Assembly (NCBI GenBank): GCA_034530615.2 | Contig: JAVRCV020000065.1 | Coordinates: 92,412-156,411, forward strand | Direction: 5' to 3' | Source: Aulosira sp. ZfuVER01 | GTDB lineage: Bacteria > Cyanobacteriota > Cyanobacteriia > Cyanobacteriales > Nostocaceae | Length of the DNA: 64,000 bases | In this document: positions 33,539 through 43,443 of the stretch, piece by piece | Position numbering within the stretch: the stretch's first letter is position 1 | Layout of the letters: each line of letters opens with the position of its first letter | Notes under the pieces: generated by a model | What the model was told of the DNA's origin: nothing | The model's database searches: none | The model's input: the letters and a program-made list of their open reading frames with translations, nothing else | Translations under genes and position numbers: made by a program

Positions 33539-34759
33539 ATGCTCGAATTTTGGAATAATCTGTTTACTTTCGGCCCATTTATTCCTCACGGCCACTGCTA
33601 CCTCTGGAAGCCAAGTTTAGTATGGCTCCATTTCATGTCCGACTCGCTGATTGCTTTAGCCTATTACTCGATCCCCATCACACTGGTTTATTTTGTACGT
33701 CAGCGGCAAGACTTACCCTTTGATTGGATATTTTTGCTGTTTAGTGCTTTCATTATTGCTTGTGGTACTACCCATGTGATGGAAGTGTGGACGCTGTGGT
33801 ATCCAACTTATTGGATTTCAGGGTTACTGAAAGCCATAACAGCACTTGTTTCAGTGTACACAGCAATGGTACTAGTACCACTCGTACCCAAAGCGATCGC
33901 TCTACCCAGTCCAGCACAGTTGGAAGCTGCTAACCTAGAACTACGACAACAAATTACCCAGCGCCAGAAAGCAGAAAATGCCCTGCAATTAGTGAACGAA
34001 GAGTTAGAAACCAGAGTCAAGAACCGAACTTTAGAACTAGCTCAGATTAATGAAGAATTGAAAACTGAAATTGCACAGCGGCTAAAAGCACAAAAGCGAC
34101 TGCAAACTCTATCTGGCAAGTTAATTGAAGCACAAGAAGCAGAACGGCGTCGCCTTGCACGGGAATTACATGATGAAATTGGTCAAGCATTAACAGCAGT
34201 AAAAATCAATTTGCAAACCTTACAACATTTATCCCATCTCAATAAAACAGAATTGCCATTGCAGGACAGTATTGACATAGTTGAAGTTGCTCTGCAACAA
34301 GTACGCAGCTTATCACTTGATTTACGACCTTCATTATTAGATGATTTGGGGCTAGTGGTAGCACTACGGTGGTACATAGATCGTCAAACTCAACGTGCTG
34401 GTATCATTGGAGAATTGGTAAGCCAGCCTTTAGAAACCAAGCTATCGCCAAACTTAGAAACAACCTGCTTTCGTATTGTCCAAGAAGCCCTCACCAATGT
34501 GGTGCGCCATGCTAAAGCACAACTGGTAACTGTTAAATTATGGCAACAGGAAACTCAGCTGCATCTAATAATTCGCGATGATGGTATTGGGTTTGATGTG
34601 AATTTAGCAAAGGAAAAAGCTACTAAGGGGGGAAGTTTAGGTTTGCTAGGAATGGAAGAGCGTGTTTTGCTAATTGGCGGTCAAATCGAGATTAAATCTG
34701 TTCCTGAACACGGCACTGAAATTCACGCTATTTTCCCACTTTCTGAAAATCAAACTTAG
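33539..34759 (+). CDS. NarX-class (HisKA_3) histidine kinase with ETR1-like ethylene-binding TM domain
   Basis: SDSLIALAYYSIP...FIIACGTTH; ERRRLARELHDEIGQ; EALTNVVRHA; DDGIGF; LGLLGMEER. Confidence 0.88.
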   Translation: MLEFWNNLFTFGPFIPHGHCYLWKPSLVWLHFMSDSLIALAYYSIPITLVYFVRQRQDLPFDWIFLLFSAFIIACGTTHVMEVWTLWYPTYWISGLLKAITALVSVYTAMVLVPLVPKAIALPSPAQLEAANLELRQQITQRQKAENALQLVNEELETRVKNRTLELAQINEELKTEIAQRLKAQKRLQTLSGKLIEAQEAERRRLARELHDEIGQALTAVKINLQTLQHLSHLNKTELPLQDSIDIVEVALQQVRSLSLDLRPSLLDDLGLVVALRWYIDRQTQRAGIIGELVSQPLETKLSPNLETTCFRIVQEALTNVVRHAKAQLVTVKLWQQETQLHLIIRDDGIGFDVNLAKEKATKGGSLGLLGMEERVLLIGGQIEIKSVPEHGTEIHAIFPLSENQT

Positions 34760-34894
34760 ATCGATTGATAGTTTGAGGGAAAAACAAGGGAAAATATGAA
34801 CATAATGCTTGATTCCAAACTTATTTAGCCTTATTTTCACTAACCAATTCATACCTTTTTAGACAAAAACCGCTAGTTTCCGATAATCCGCTAA

Positions 34895-35560
34895 ATGACC
34901 GCAGCCCCACAATTGATTCGTGTTTTACTAGCAGACAATCATACTCTTGTCCGTGCTGGATTGCGTGCGCTCCTACACACTATCCAGGGTATACAAGTAA
35001 TTGCAGAAGCAGGTGATGGGCGTGAGGCTCTACACTTGATTGCAAAACATCAACCTGATGTAGTGTTGATGGATATTGCCATGCCAGAAATGAATGGCTT
35101 AGAAGCTGCGGCACATGTGGTTAAAGAATTTCCCCAGGTACGGGTAATTATGCTTTCTATGCACGCGAATGAGGAATACGTGTTGCAAGCATTACGTATA
35201 GGAGCAATGGGTTATTTACTCAAAGATGCTGGTATTAGTGAACTTGAACTAGCTATTAAAGCGATTTCTCAAGGTGAAACCTATCTTAGTCCAGCAGTTT
35301 CCAAGCATGTTGTTGCCAATTACTTACAGCGGGTAGGTAATGAGCCTAATTCTTTAGAACAATTAACATCACGCCAGCGCGAAATTTTGCAGTTAATTGC
35401 CGAAGGGCGAAGCACAAAAGAAATTGCGGAACTACTATATATCAGTGTCAAAACAGTAGAAACCCATCGAATGCAACTAATGAAGCGGCTAGATATTCAT
35501 GATGTCGCTGGATTAGTGCGCTATGCCATTCGCATGGGACTGGTAATTTCAGATAGCTAA
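34895..35560 (+). CDS. NarL/LuxR-family response regulator
   Basis: REC domain (LMDIAMP) plus LTSRQREIL...SVKTVETHR HTH. Confidence 0.92.
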   Translation: MTAAPQLIRVLLADNHTLVRAGLRALLHTIQGIQVIAEAGDGREALHLIAKHQPDVVLMDIAMPEMNGLEAAAHVVKEFPQVRVIMLSMHANEEYVLQALRIGAMGYLLKDAGISELELAIKAISQGETYLSPAVSKHVVANYLQRVGNEPNSLEQLTSRQREILQLIAEGRSTKEIAELLYISVKTVETHRMQLMKRLDIHDVAGLVRYAIRMGLVISDS

Positions 35561-35697
35561 TACAGGAAAAAATTTTTATCATTAATGTATGAAAAAGATA
35601 CTCATAAATCCTCATTCCCCTAAACCGCCTGCTCAAAACCTGAATTTTTTGTGTTTATGCCTAAGTTTCACAGCAAAATTCTCTAAACAATTCAATT

Positions 35698-35877
35698 ATG
35701 CAAGAGCCGACTGTGGAGCAAGCAAAGGCGCTTTTTAGGGTCTGCTACCAATTGACCAATATGTATTGCTCAATTCATCTTGTGAGAATAGATGAAACAA
35801 CAAATCGTCTTTACATACTTGCTGGAGAAGAAACTCAGTTAGAAATATTGCCCAACGGCAGCGTGAGGTATTTATGA
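35698..35877 (+). CDS. Small protein, DUF6888-like (59 aa, missing from the ORF track)
   Basis: MQEPTVEQAKALFRVCYQLTNMYCSIHLVRIDETTNRLYILAGEETQLEILPNGSVRYL*, with ATGA coupling to the next gene. Confidence 0.7.
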   Translation: MQEPTVEQAKALFRVCYQLTNMYCSIHLVRIDETTNRLYILAGEETQLEILPNGSVRYL

Positions 35878-36143
35878 CCAAACAAAATTTTCAGGCGATG
35901 ACTAAGCAAGAGTTAAGAGCTTATGTGCTGGAACACCGAGAAGACCAAGAGGCTTTTGATGCCTTAACCAAGAAACTGAGAGAGGAGCCAGGAATTGAGA
36001 TCGCCTCAATGGAGCAGTTACGTCAATTGATTGAAGCAAAACGGGATAGATCTGATATAAAAAATGCTCAATCGGCATTAGAAGAAGCATCGCAAATTAG
36101 CACAATATCTCTTGAAGACCTCAAAAGGGAACTAGGACAGTGA
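35874..36143 (+). CDS. DUF6887-like protein with antitoxin-like C-terminal extension
   Basis: NFQAMTKQELRAYVLEHRED N-terminus; C-terminus ...ALEEASQISTISLEDLKRELG; GTGA coupling to the RelE-like gene. Confidence 0.7.
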   Translation: MTKQNFQAMTKQELRAYVLEHREDQEAFDALTKKLREEPGIEIASMEQLRQLIEAKRDRSDIKNAQSALEEASQISTISLEDLKRELGQ

Positions 36144-36391
36144 GCTACCAAATACAAGTTATGTCTACAGTTGTGGAGCAGCTTAAAAAACTCAATTCTG
36201 CGGTTCAGCAGCAAGTGATTACGAAAATAGAAGAATTGGCATTAAACCCATTTCCTGAAGGTGTAAAAAAACTTGATGCTGAAACAGCTTTGTATTTACT
36301 TCTCTTCAATGACTATCGAATTGTTTATCAAATTCAAGAACAAGCTTCACTAATAACAGTAACAAAAGTTGCTCACCCAAAAAATTACTAA
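36140..36391 (+). CDS. RelE/ParE-family toxin-like protein
   Basis: 83 aa with the pattern Y.I......QLKKL, NP.P.GVKKL, DYRIVY and V.H. Confidence 0.8.
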   Translation: MSYQIQVMSTVVEQLKKLNSAVQQQVITKIEELALNPFPEGVKKLDAETALYLLLFNDYRIVYQIQEQASLITVTKVAHPKNY

Positions 36392-36703
36392 TTTTTGATT
36401 AGTACCTGATTTTGAAATATAGGTAGGGGAGCCAGCGAAGCCGTAAGGGTGTACTGGCTTCTCGCTTTCTGCATCTGGCGTTGAGCAATGCCCACCCTAA
36501 AAATTATTCTAGTGAACACTCAGGGAATATCTCAGTGTTTTTCTACTTAGATCTCAGGGTTTTCCTGATTTAGTTATCCTGGGAGGTAGCGTAATGTATG
36601 AATCAGGTACAGCACAGAAGAGAAGACTTTCCTCAAAGTCAAATCTTATTTGTAGCTTGATATCCCAGTAATACTAGTTTCTGGACACTTACCAATCAAC
36701 ACT

Positions 36704-37072
36704 ATGCCTCCCCTGCGCATTCTTTTAGTAGATGACAGCCTTGCTTTTCTCGAATCCGCCGCCCGCTTTTTGGCTATGGATAGGGAACTGGAAATTGTTG
36801 GGCGTGTTCTCTCAGGAGAAGAAGCACTGAAGCAGGTGCCACAATTGTGTCCCGATTTGGTATTGATGGATTTAGCTATGCCAGGAATAAATGGTCTGGA
36901 AGCAACACGTCAGATTAAAGAGCGCCCAAGTGCGCCATACGTTGTCGTTTTAACACTAAATGATGGCAGTGAGTATCGCACTGCTGCTCTGGCTGTGGGT
37001 GCAGATGGGTTAGTCACCAAATCAGAAATTGGTACAGCGTTACTGCCTTTAATCCACTCCCTATGTACTTAG
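36704..37072 (+). CDS. Single-domain response regulator (receiver only)
   Basis: LLVDD, LMDLAMP and conserved T and K residues; no output domain. Confidence 0.88.
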   Translation: MPPLRILLVDDSLAFLESAARFLAMDRELEIVGRVLSGEEALKQVPQLCPDLVLMDLAMPGINGLEATRQIKERPSAPYVVVLTLNDGSEYRTAALAVGADGLVTKSEIGTALLPLIHSLCT

Positions 37073-37088
37073 GCAGAGTTAAATAATA

Positions 37089-39971
37089 ATGATTAAAACT
37101 ATACTTGAATATCCAGGAAAGCTGGCTACTACTGAGTACAAGGCAATTGAGAATGTAATGCTGCCAGAATCAAACGGAAAGAAAACTGTTATTACTTTAG
37201 AGCGAAGCGCTGAACAAATTAAGGCAGAAATTAAAGCAAAATTTGGTTTTGTTCCACCTTTTTTTGAACCAGCAGAACAAACTCCACAAGTACTGGAAAA
37301 TCTTTGGCAACAGACACTTTCTGCCTATGTAAACAATCCACTGCCAGCGCTATTTAAAGAAAAACTTTCTGCATACCTTTCACGCTTCTGTGCCGTTCCT
37401 TACTGCATGATCTGCCATAGTTGCACTTTACGTCCTTTAGGGATGAGTGCAGGGGAAGTTTTGGAGTTATTGGAATCTCCTTTTCCATCAATCATAGATA
37501 TTGATGAACACCTGAGTTTACTAGGAGCAAACTCTGATTCCCTTGGTGTCTGGCCAGAATCGAATTCGGTATTAGAAGCAAGTCTCCTCTACTGTGCAAT
37601 ATTTATTAGTGTGGCATCAGAGCAAGCAGAGCATTGCCGTCAAGAGTTACGGCGGATTTTGGGGACTGTTAACTACAACCATCTCATTGGTTTTATTGCT
37701 TATGTGAAGTCTTGCCTGGTATGGATGGAATCTCATCCAGAAGTATCTTATGAAGCGGATCTGCGAGCGATCGCTCATTTGGCTCCCTTAATCGAAGAGG
37801 AACCTGCTTTGGCTGAGTTCTTTGGTAACTATCGAGATAGGGTGAGGCTAGAATCCCAGAGCCGCACAGCACAACTAACTGAACTAACCGCGCGCCAGCA
37901 TCAAGAGGAAATTAGGCAAAAGCAAGCTGAACGAGAACGACTTGTAGGACAGATAGCGCAACATATCCACAAGTCTCTTGACTTAAGAGAAATTCTCAAT
38001 ACCACAGTGTCGGAAGTCCGGCAGTTTCTGCAAACTGAGAGGGTGTTTATTTACCGCTTCTGGGAAGATTGGAGTGGTTCTGTAGTAGTGGAATCCGTAG
38101 CTGCTGGCTGTTCGCCCATTTTAGGAACAACCATCAAAGATTCCTTTTTTGTAGAAGCTACTTGCCGCGAACTTTATCAACACGGTCGCACCCAAGCAAT
38201 AGCAGATGTTTACACGGCGGGTTTCTCTCAATGTCATATTGATTTAATGGCTCGACTGGAAGTTAGGGCTAACTTAGTCATACCAGTTGTGCAAGGAGAC
38301 AAATTATGGGGATTGTTGGTGGCTAACCAATGTTCCGAACCGCGACATTGGCAGCAGTTGGAAATTGATTTGCTCAAGCAGTTAGCAATGCAATTAGCGA
38401 TCGCAATTCAGCAATCTGAACTTTATCAGCAAATCCAAAGCGAACTGATCGAGCGCCAAAAGTCAGAACAGAAAATCCGCGAACAAGCTGCCTTACTTGA
38501 TGTTGCCACTGATGCAATTCTTGTCCAATCTCTAGACAACCACATCCGATTCTGGAATAAAAGTGCCGAGCGTTTGTATGGTTGGAAAGCAGCTGAGGTT
38601 ATGGATAGAAATGCCCATCAGCTCATTTTCGATGAAACTTCGCCCCAACTCCAGCAAGCCCAGGAATCTGTGATTGAGCGTGGCTCTTGGCAGGGAGAGT
38701 TATCTCAAGTTACGAAAGAAGGTAAACAAATCATTGTCTCCAGTCGTTGGTCATTGGTACTCGACTTCCTGGGGCAACCTCAATCAATCCTGATTGTCAA
38801 CACCGACATCACAGAAAAAAAACAACTAGAAGCGCAATTTCTCCAAGCCCAACGTCTTGAGAGCATTGGAACTCTTGCTGGTGGCATTTCCCATGACCTC
38901 AATAATGTATTGACACCAATTATTACCTCAGCGCAACTCTTGCTGAAGACCCAACTCAAACCCGAAAAGCAACAGCGTTTACTGAGCATCATCGAAACCA
39001 GTGCTAAACGCGGCGCTGCATTAGTCAAGCAAGTTCTATCATTTGCTCGAGGAATGGAAGGTCAGCATACGATTTTAGAACTCAAGCATTTACTATTAGA
39101 AATTCATCATGTTGTTAAAGAGACATTTCCCAAATCAATAGAAGTTGAATTAGATATATCACCAGAGGTTTGTGCTGTTTGTGGAGATATTACCCAACTG
39201 CATCAGGTTTTAATGAACCTAGTAGTCAATGCCCGTGATGCGATGCCTGACGGTGGGAGGTTGAGTCTCCGTTCAGAGAATATTTTCATTGATGAAAATT
39301 ATGCCCGGATGAATCTTGACGCCTCTGTTGGCCCCTACAGTGTGATTACTGTTGCCGATACAGGAATTGGCATGAAATCGGAAGTTCTGTTGCGAATTTT
39401 TGAGCCTTTTTTCACTACCAAAGAGCAAGGCAAAGGTACAGGACTTGGCCTGTCAACAGTCATAGGGATTATCAAAAGTCATCATGGTTTTGTCACTGTA
39501 GAGAGTGCAGTTGGCAAAGGAACCAAATTTCGCGTATTTTTGCCAACAGTTTTGGCTAATCCAGAGTCAACATCTTTAAATCAAGAACTGCTGCAAGGGC
39601 AGGGAGAATTAATTCTCGTTGTCGATGATGAAGCCCCAATCAGAGAAATTACCAAGACATCACTAGAAAAATCGAATTATAGAGTACTCACGGCTAATGA
39701 TGGACTTGAAGCGATCGCCATATATTTGCAGCACAAAGAAGAAATCAGTGCTGTATTGATGGATATGATGATGCCAGAAATGGATGGACTAACTACCATC
39801 CGGGTATTAAAGCAAATTAATCCCCAGGTTTTGATGATTGCCGCTAGTGGACTTACCGATAGCTCTCAGTATAATTCTGCCGTAGGCACAGATGTGCAAG
39901 CATTTTTGGCCAAGCCTTACACGTTGCAGGAATTACTCAACACATTACACGGGCTACTAAGGGCGAATTGA
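37089..39971 (+). CDS. Hybrid histidine kinase: AhpD/CMD-like domain, GAF, PAS, HisKA, HATPase, REC
   Basis: FGFVP...[11 protein letters not shown]-terminus; GAF with [24 protein letters not shown]-box; GTGLGL; C-terminal receiver. Confidence 0.88.
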   Translation: MIKTILEYPGKLATTEYKAIENVMLPESNGKKTVITLERSAEQIKAEIKAKFGFVPPFFEPAEQTPQVLENLWQQTLSAYVNNPLPALFKEKLSAYLSRFCAVPYCMICHSCTLRPLGMSAGEVLELLESPFPSIIDIDEHLSLLGANSDSLGVWPESNSVLEASLLYCAIFISVASEQAEHCRQELRRILGTVNYNHLIGFIAYVKSCLVWMESHPEVSYEADLRAIAHLAPLIEEEPALAEFFGNYRDRVRLESQSRTAQLTELTARQHQEEIRQKQAERERLVGQIAQHIHKSLDLREILNTTVSEVRQFLQTERVFIYRFWEDWSGSVVVESVAAGCSPILGTTIKDSFFVEATCRELYQHGRTQAIADVYTAGFSQCHIDLMARLEVRANLVIPVVQGDKLWGLLVANQCSEPRHWQQLEIDLLKQLAMQLAIAIQQSELYQQIQSELIERQKSEQKIREQAALLDVATDAILVQSLDNHIRFWNKSAERLYGWKAAEVMDRNAHQLIFDETSPQLQQAQESVIERGSWQGELSQVTKEGKQIIVSSRWSLVLDFLGQPQSILIVNTDITEKKQLEAQFLQAQRLESIGTLAGGISHDLNNVLTPIITSAQLLLKTQLKPEKQQRLLSIIETSAKRGAALVKQVLSFARGMEGQHTILELKHLLLEIHHVVKETFPKSIEVELDISPEVCAVCGDITQLHQVLMNLVVNARDAMPDGGRLSLRSENIFIDENYARMNLDASVGPYSVITVADTGIGMKSEVLLRIFEPFFTTKEQGKGTGLGLSTVIGIIKSHHGFVTVESAVGKGTKFRVFLPTVLANPESTSLNQELLQGQGELILVVDDEAPIREITKTSLEKSNYRVLTANDGLEAIAIYLQHKEEISAVLMDMMMPEMDGLTTIRVLKQINPQVLMIAASGLTDSSQYNSAVGTDVQAFLAKPYTLQELLNTLHGLLRAN

Positions 39972-40048
39972 AGTCTTTTAGCCTACTCAGTGCTGAGTAC
40001 TTAGTGAGATTCCCCACTCAGCACTCAGCACTTTTAACTCAACACTCT

Positions 40049-40969
40049 TTAAGACCGCCGCACATTCAAACAACACCACTCTTTCTTTTTCCACAAAGTA
40101 GCAACGATCCAGCCATGCTCCTCTAAAGCATCAGCTACAGCTTTAGATTGCTCAAGTAAAATTCCGCTAAATATTGCCCAAGTTGTCGGCTTGGCGATCG
40201 CACTAATTTCTGGAACTAACTGAATAATTACATCAGCCAAGATATTGCAGACAATCCCATCTACTGGTTCCTCAATCAGTTTCTTTAAAATATCTACACT
40301 TCCCTCTGCTGGAATCAAGCGTTCTGGACTAATGTCGTTGAGTGCGCGATTGCTAAAGGTGGATTGCACTGCTAAAGGGTCAGTATCTACGGCATAGACT
40401 TTATCAGATCCTAATAGCACTGCCCCAATAGAAAGGATACCAGAACCACAACCAATATCCGCAATTACTACATGGTCATTTTTAGGAGACGAGTCTGCGA
40501 AACCTTTGGGTAATTGGCTCAACCGCATCTCTAGCGATTCTAAACATAACTGAGTTGTCGCATGGTTTCCCGTACCAAATGCCACACCAGGATCGAGGCG
40601 AATCACTAGGCGTTCTGATGTTTCTGGTAATGGTAGCCAGGCGGGATTGATCAAAAAGCGATCGCCTATTTTCTCTGGTTGCCAATATTGCTTCCAGCTA
40701 GTTGCCCAATCCTCTTCATTAATTAGCTGCCAGTGTAAAGCAGGCGCAGCTAATCCCACACATAGAGCATCTTGACGCAGCCACAGCGACAGTGCGGCTA
40801 AATCTAATAAATGTGCTTGAAATTCCGGCAAATAAGCCCGTACTAAAGAAGCATTTCCTTTACCTTCAATAGCTGTACCACGACAGCCAAAATCTTCCAA
40901 ACGCCAAAAGATAGAATCTTCTAGGTCTGGTTCACATAAAATCTGTAGTTCCCACCAGGTTTTTGCCAT
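40049..40969 (-). CDS. prmA: Ribosomal protein L11 methyltransferase
   Basis: [24 protein letters not shown] and NILA motifs; start moved to MAKTWWEL. Confidence 0.93.
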   Translation of the reverse strand: MAKTWWELQILCEPDLEDSIFWRLEDFGCRGTAIEGKGNASLVRAYLPEFQAHLLDLAALSLWLRQDALCVGLAAPALHWQLINEEDWATSWKQYWQPEKIGDRFLINPAWLPLPETSERLVIRLDPGVAFGTGNHATTQLCLESLEMRLSQLPKGFADSSPKNDHVVIADIGCGSGILSIGAVLLGSDKVYAVDTDPLAVQSTFSNRALNDISPERLIPAEGSVDILKKLIEEPVDGIVCNILADVIIQLVPEISAIAKPTTWAIFSGILLEQSKAVADALEEHGWIVATLWKKKEWCCLNVRRS

Positions 40970-40992
40970 CTTTTCAGTGCTGAGTGCTGAGG

Positions 40993-41036
40993 AGCCACTG
41001 CGTTGCGGGGGTTCCCCCCGTTGTAGCAAGTGGCGT
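40993..41036 (-). repeat. Small dispersed repeat (uninterrupted copy) within a (TGAGTGC)n STRR
   Basis: The minus strand reads ACGCCACTTGCTACAACGGGGGGAACCCCCGCAACGCAGTGGCT and is flanked by TGCTGAG on both sides. Confidence 0.65.
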
Positions 41037-41092
41037 TGCTGAGTAATGAGAAAGTCAACCCCTACCCTTCGGGAACGACTTCGTCGAACGGG

Positions 41093-41269
41093 GAATTCAA
41101 AATTATTAATTCAAAATTCAAAATTAAAGAGATTAATAGGGGCTTGCACCCACCAATAATCTAAGACCGTCAAATCAGAGATTGTGACGAGGGTTTGTAC
41201 CCATAATTAATCAATTCCAAAATTTTTCTTATTCTTCATTTTGAATTTTGAATTTTGCATTTTGAATTC
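41093..41269. repeat. MITE-like element with (AATTCAA)n/(TTGAATT)n inverted ends
   Basis: GAATTCAAAA...TTTTGAATTC termini built from heptamer repeats around a non-coding core. Confidence 0.5.
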
Positions 41270-41373
41270 AAAAAAGGTCATGAGTCCTGAGCAGTGAGGA
41301 ATCTTTTCTTAATTCTTGAGTAGAAAAGTCTTGAATCTTCATACTCAGAACTCGCTACTCAGCACTCAGCACT

Positions 41374-42954
41374 TTATAGTGTTACCGTATATGCGTCCCG
41401 AATTCCAGGCACCTTGATAATCTCAGCCAAAATCCCTTCAGGTAAGGGATCGTCAATACTGAGAGCCATGACTGCATCACCACGGACGATTTTCCGCCCT
41501 ACCTGCATACTGGCAATATTCACATTAAAACTGCCGAGTAGTGAACCGAGTTTGCCGATGATTCCTGGCATATCGCGGTGCAGGGTGAATAGCATATATT
41601 TGCTAGGAGGGACGTTAATCGGGAAACCGTCAACGTCAGTTAGGTGAATTTCCTTCTCGCCTAACAAAGCACCGGTGACAGAATGAGTACCCAAGGTACC
41701 TGTAGCTTCTAAATGCAGAGAACCCGCATAGTCACGTACAGAGGCATCTCTGGTTTCAATTACCCGAATTCCGCGTTCTTTAGCTTCAATGCTGGCGTTA
41801 ACGTAATTTACCCGTTCCCGCAATGCTTGGTAAAGTAGTCCTTTGAGGGAAGCGACTACCAAAGGTTGACTCTTATTAGTTGCCAGTTCACCTTGCAATC
41901 TCACGTTGAGTAATTCTACCCGACCGCCAGCCAATTGTCCTACTAGGTTGCCTAAAGTTTCTGCAAGTTCCATGTAAGGTTTGAGTTCTTCCAAGACATC
42001 AGGGCCGAGTCCGGGAATGTTCACGGCGGAACGTGCGGGTAAACCTAACAGCACATCGCGAATTTGTTCGGCCACATCTATCGCCACATTCACTTGTGCT
42101 TCCGCAGTTGATGCGCCTAAGTGGGGGGTGAGGATTACTTCTTTACCTAGCGATCGCAAATCTGATTCACCTAGAGGTTCAGACTCAAACACATCTAACG
42201 CAGCACCAGCGATTGTACCTTCTTTGATTGCTGCTGCTAAAGCCGCTTCATCAATAATGCCACCACGAGCGCAGTTAATAATCCGAGCAGTCGGTTTCAT
42301 CTTTGCCAGAGTTTTGGCATTGATTAAGTGGGTAGTTTCTGAGGTTTTGGGGATGTGTAGGGTGATATAGTCGGCTTGCTGCATCAGTAAATCTAAATCT
42401 ACTAACTGACAGCCAATTTGTTCGGCTCGTTCTGTAGAGATGAAGGGATCGTAAGCTAGGAGTTTCATCCCCATTGCTTTCGCCACAGCAGCTACATGGG
42501 AGCCAATTTTACCCAACCCAACAATACCGATAGTTTTTTTGTAAACTTCCGCGCCGACAAAAGTTTTGCGATCCCACACACCGCTTTTCACCGACACATT
42601 AGCATCGGGGATGTGACGAGATAGAGATAACATCATAGCGATCGCGTGTTCGGCAGCTGCGATCGTGTTACCCTCAGGAGAATTAACTACCACAATTCCG
42701 TGGCGCGTGGCGGCGGGAACATCCACATTATCCACACCCACGCCAGCACGACCGATAATTTTTAACTGCGTGCCGGCTTCAATAATTTCTTGGGTAACGC
42801 GCGTACCAGAACGAATCATCAGCGCGTCATACTCACCAATGATTTCTACCAGTTCTGCTGGTTTTAAACCTGTTTTGACATCAACAGTAGCAACTTGCGA
42901 GAGAATGTCAATTCCAGCCTGGTCAATAGGATCGGAGACAAGAACCTTGGACAT
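41374..42954 (-). CDS. serA: D-3-phosphoglycerate dehydrogenase
   Basis: RAGVGVDN, GLGKIG, TPHLGAST and a C-terminal ACT domain. Confidence 0.95.
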   Translation of the reverse strand: MSKVLVSDPIDQAGIDILSQVATVDVKTGLKPAELVEIIGEYDALMIRSGTRVTQEIIEAGTQLKIIGRAGVGVDNVDVPAATRHGIVVVNSPEGNTIAAAEHAIAMMLSLSRHIPDANVSVKSGVWDRKTFVGAEVYKKTIGIVGLGKIGSHVAAVAKAMGMKLLAYDPFISTERAEQIGCQLVDLDLLMQQADYITLHIPKTSETTHLINAKTLAKMKPTARIINCARGGIIDEAALAAAIKEGTIAGAALDVFESEPLGESDLRSLGKEVILTPHLGASTAEAQVNVAIDVAEQIRDVLLGLPARSAVNIPGLGPDVLEELKPYMELAETLGNLVGQLAGGRVELLNVRLQGELATNKSQPLVVASLKGLLYQALRERVNYVNASIEAKERGIRVIETRDASVRDYAGSLHLEATGTLGTHSVTGALLGEKEIHLTDVDGFPINVPPSKYMLFTLHRDMPGIIGKLGSLLGSFNVNIASMQVGRKIVRGDAVMALSIDDPLPEGILAEIIKVPGIRDAYTVTL

Positions 42955-43443
42955 GATTACTTTATTTAAAGCTACAGGTTTTGCTGCACAAGACTTTTTA
43001 GTGTAGTCTTTATCCGTTACAATTCAGCAAAAATTGTTTGTTTTAATATCAACTTATCCTTACACTGACACCTGGGGGTAAGGGTATCCATCAGTTACAG
43101 GGGTGGTATGGCGCTGCCTCCTAATGTTTGAAGATGTGTGGCTATTTGCGCCACCTCTGGGTAAATATAAACCATTAACTGGGGCCAGCAGTAGATATTT
43201 ATCAATAGTTAAGAGTTACTTAGATTTCTCACAGGGTAAGTAGATGCTGGGGAATTTCACTGCCTGTCCGTTGAAGCTCAAGCTGCGATCGCTACCAGTG
43301 AATTTTCTAGGCTCGAAATTGTCGTATTTGATTCTTAAGTTTAATTATCGAGTGAGTACATCTGCCATAAGATAGATTTCTAAGGAGGAGAGGTATGTGA
43401 TTTGTCATTTGTCTCCCCTACTTCCTCTGCACCGCTTCTCTCT

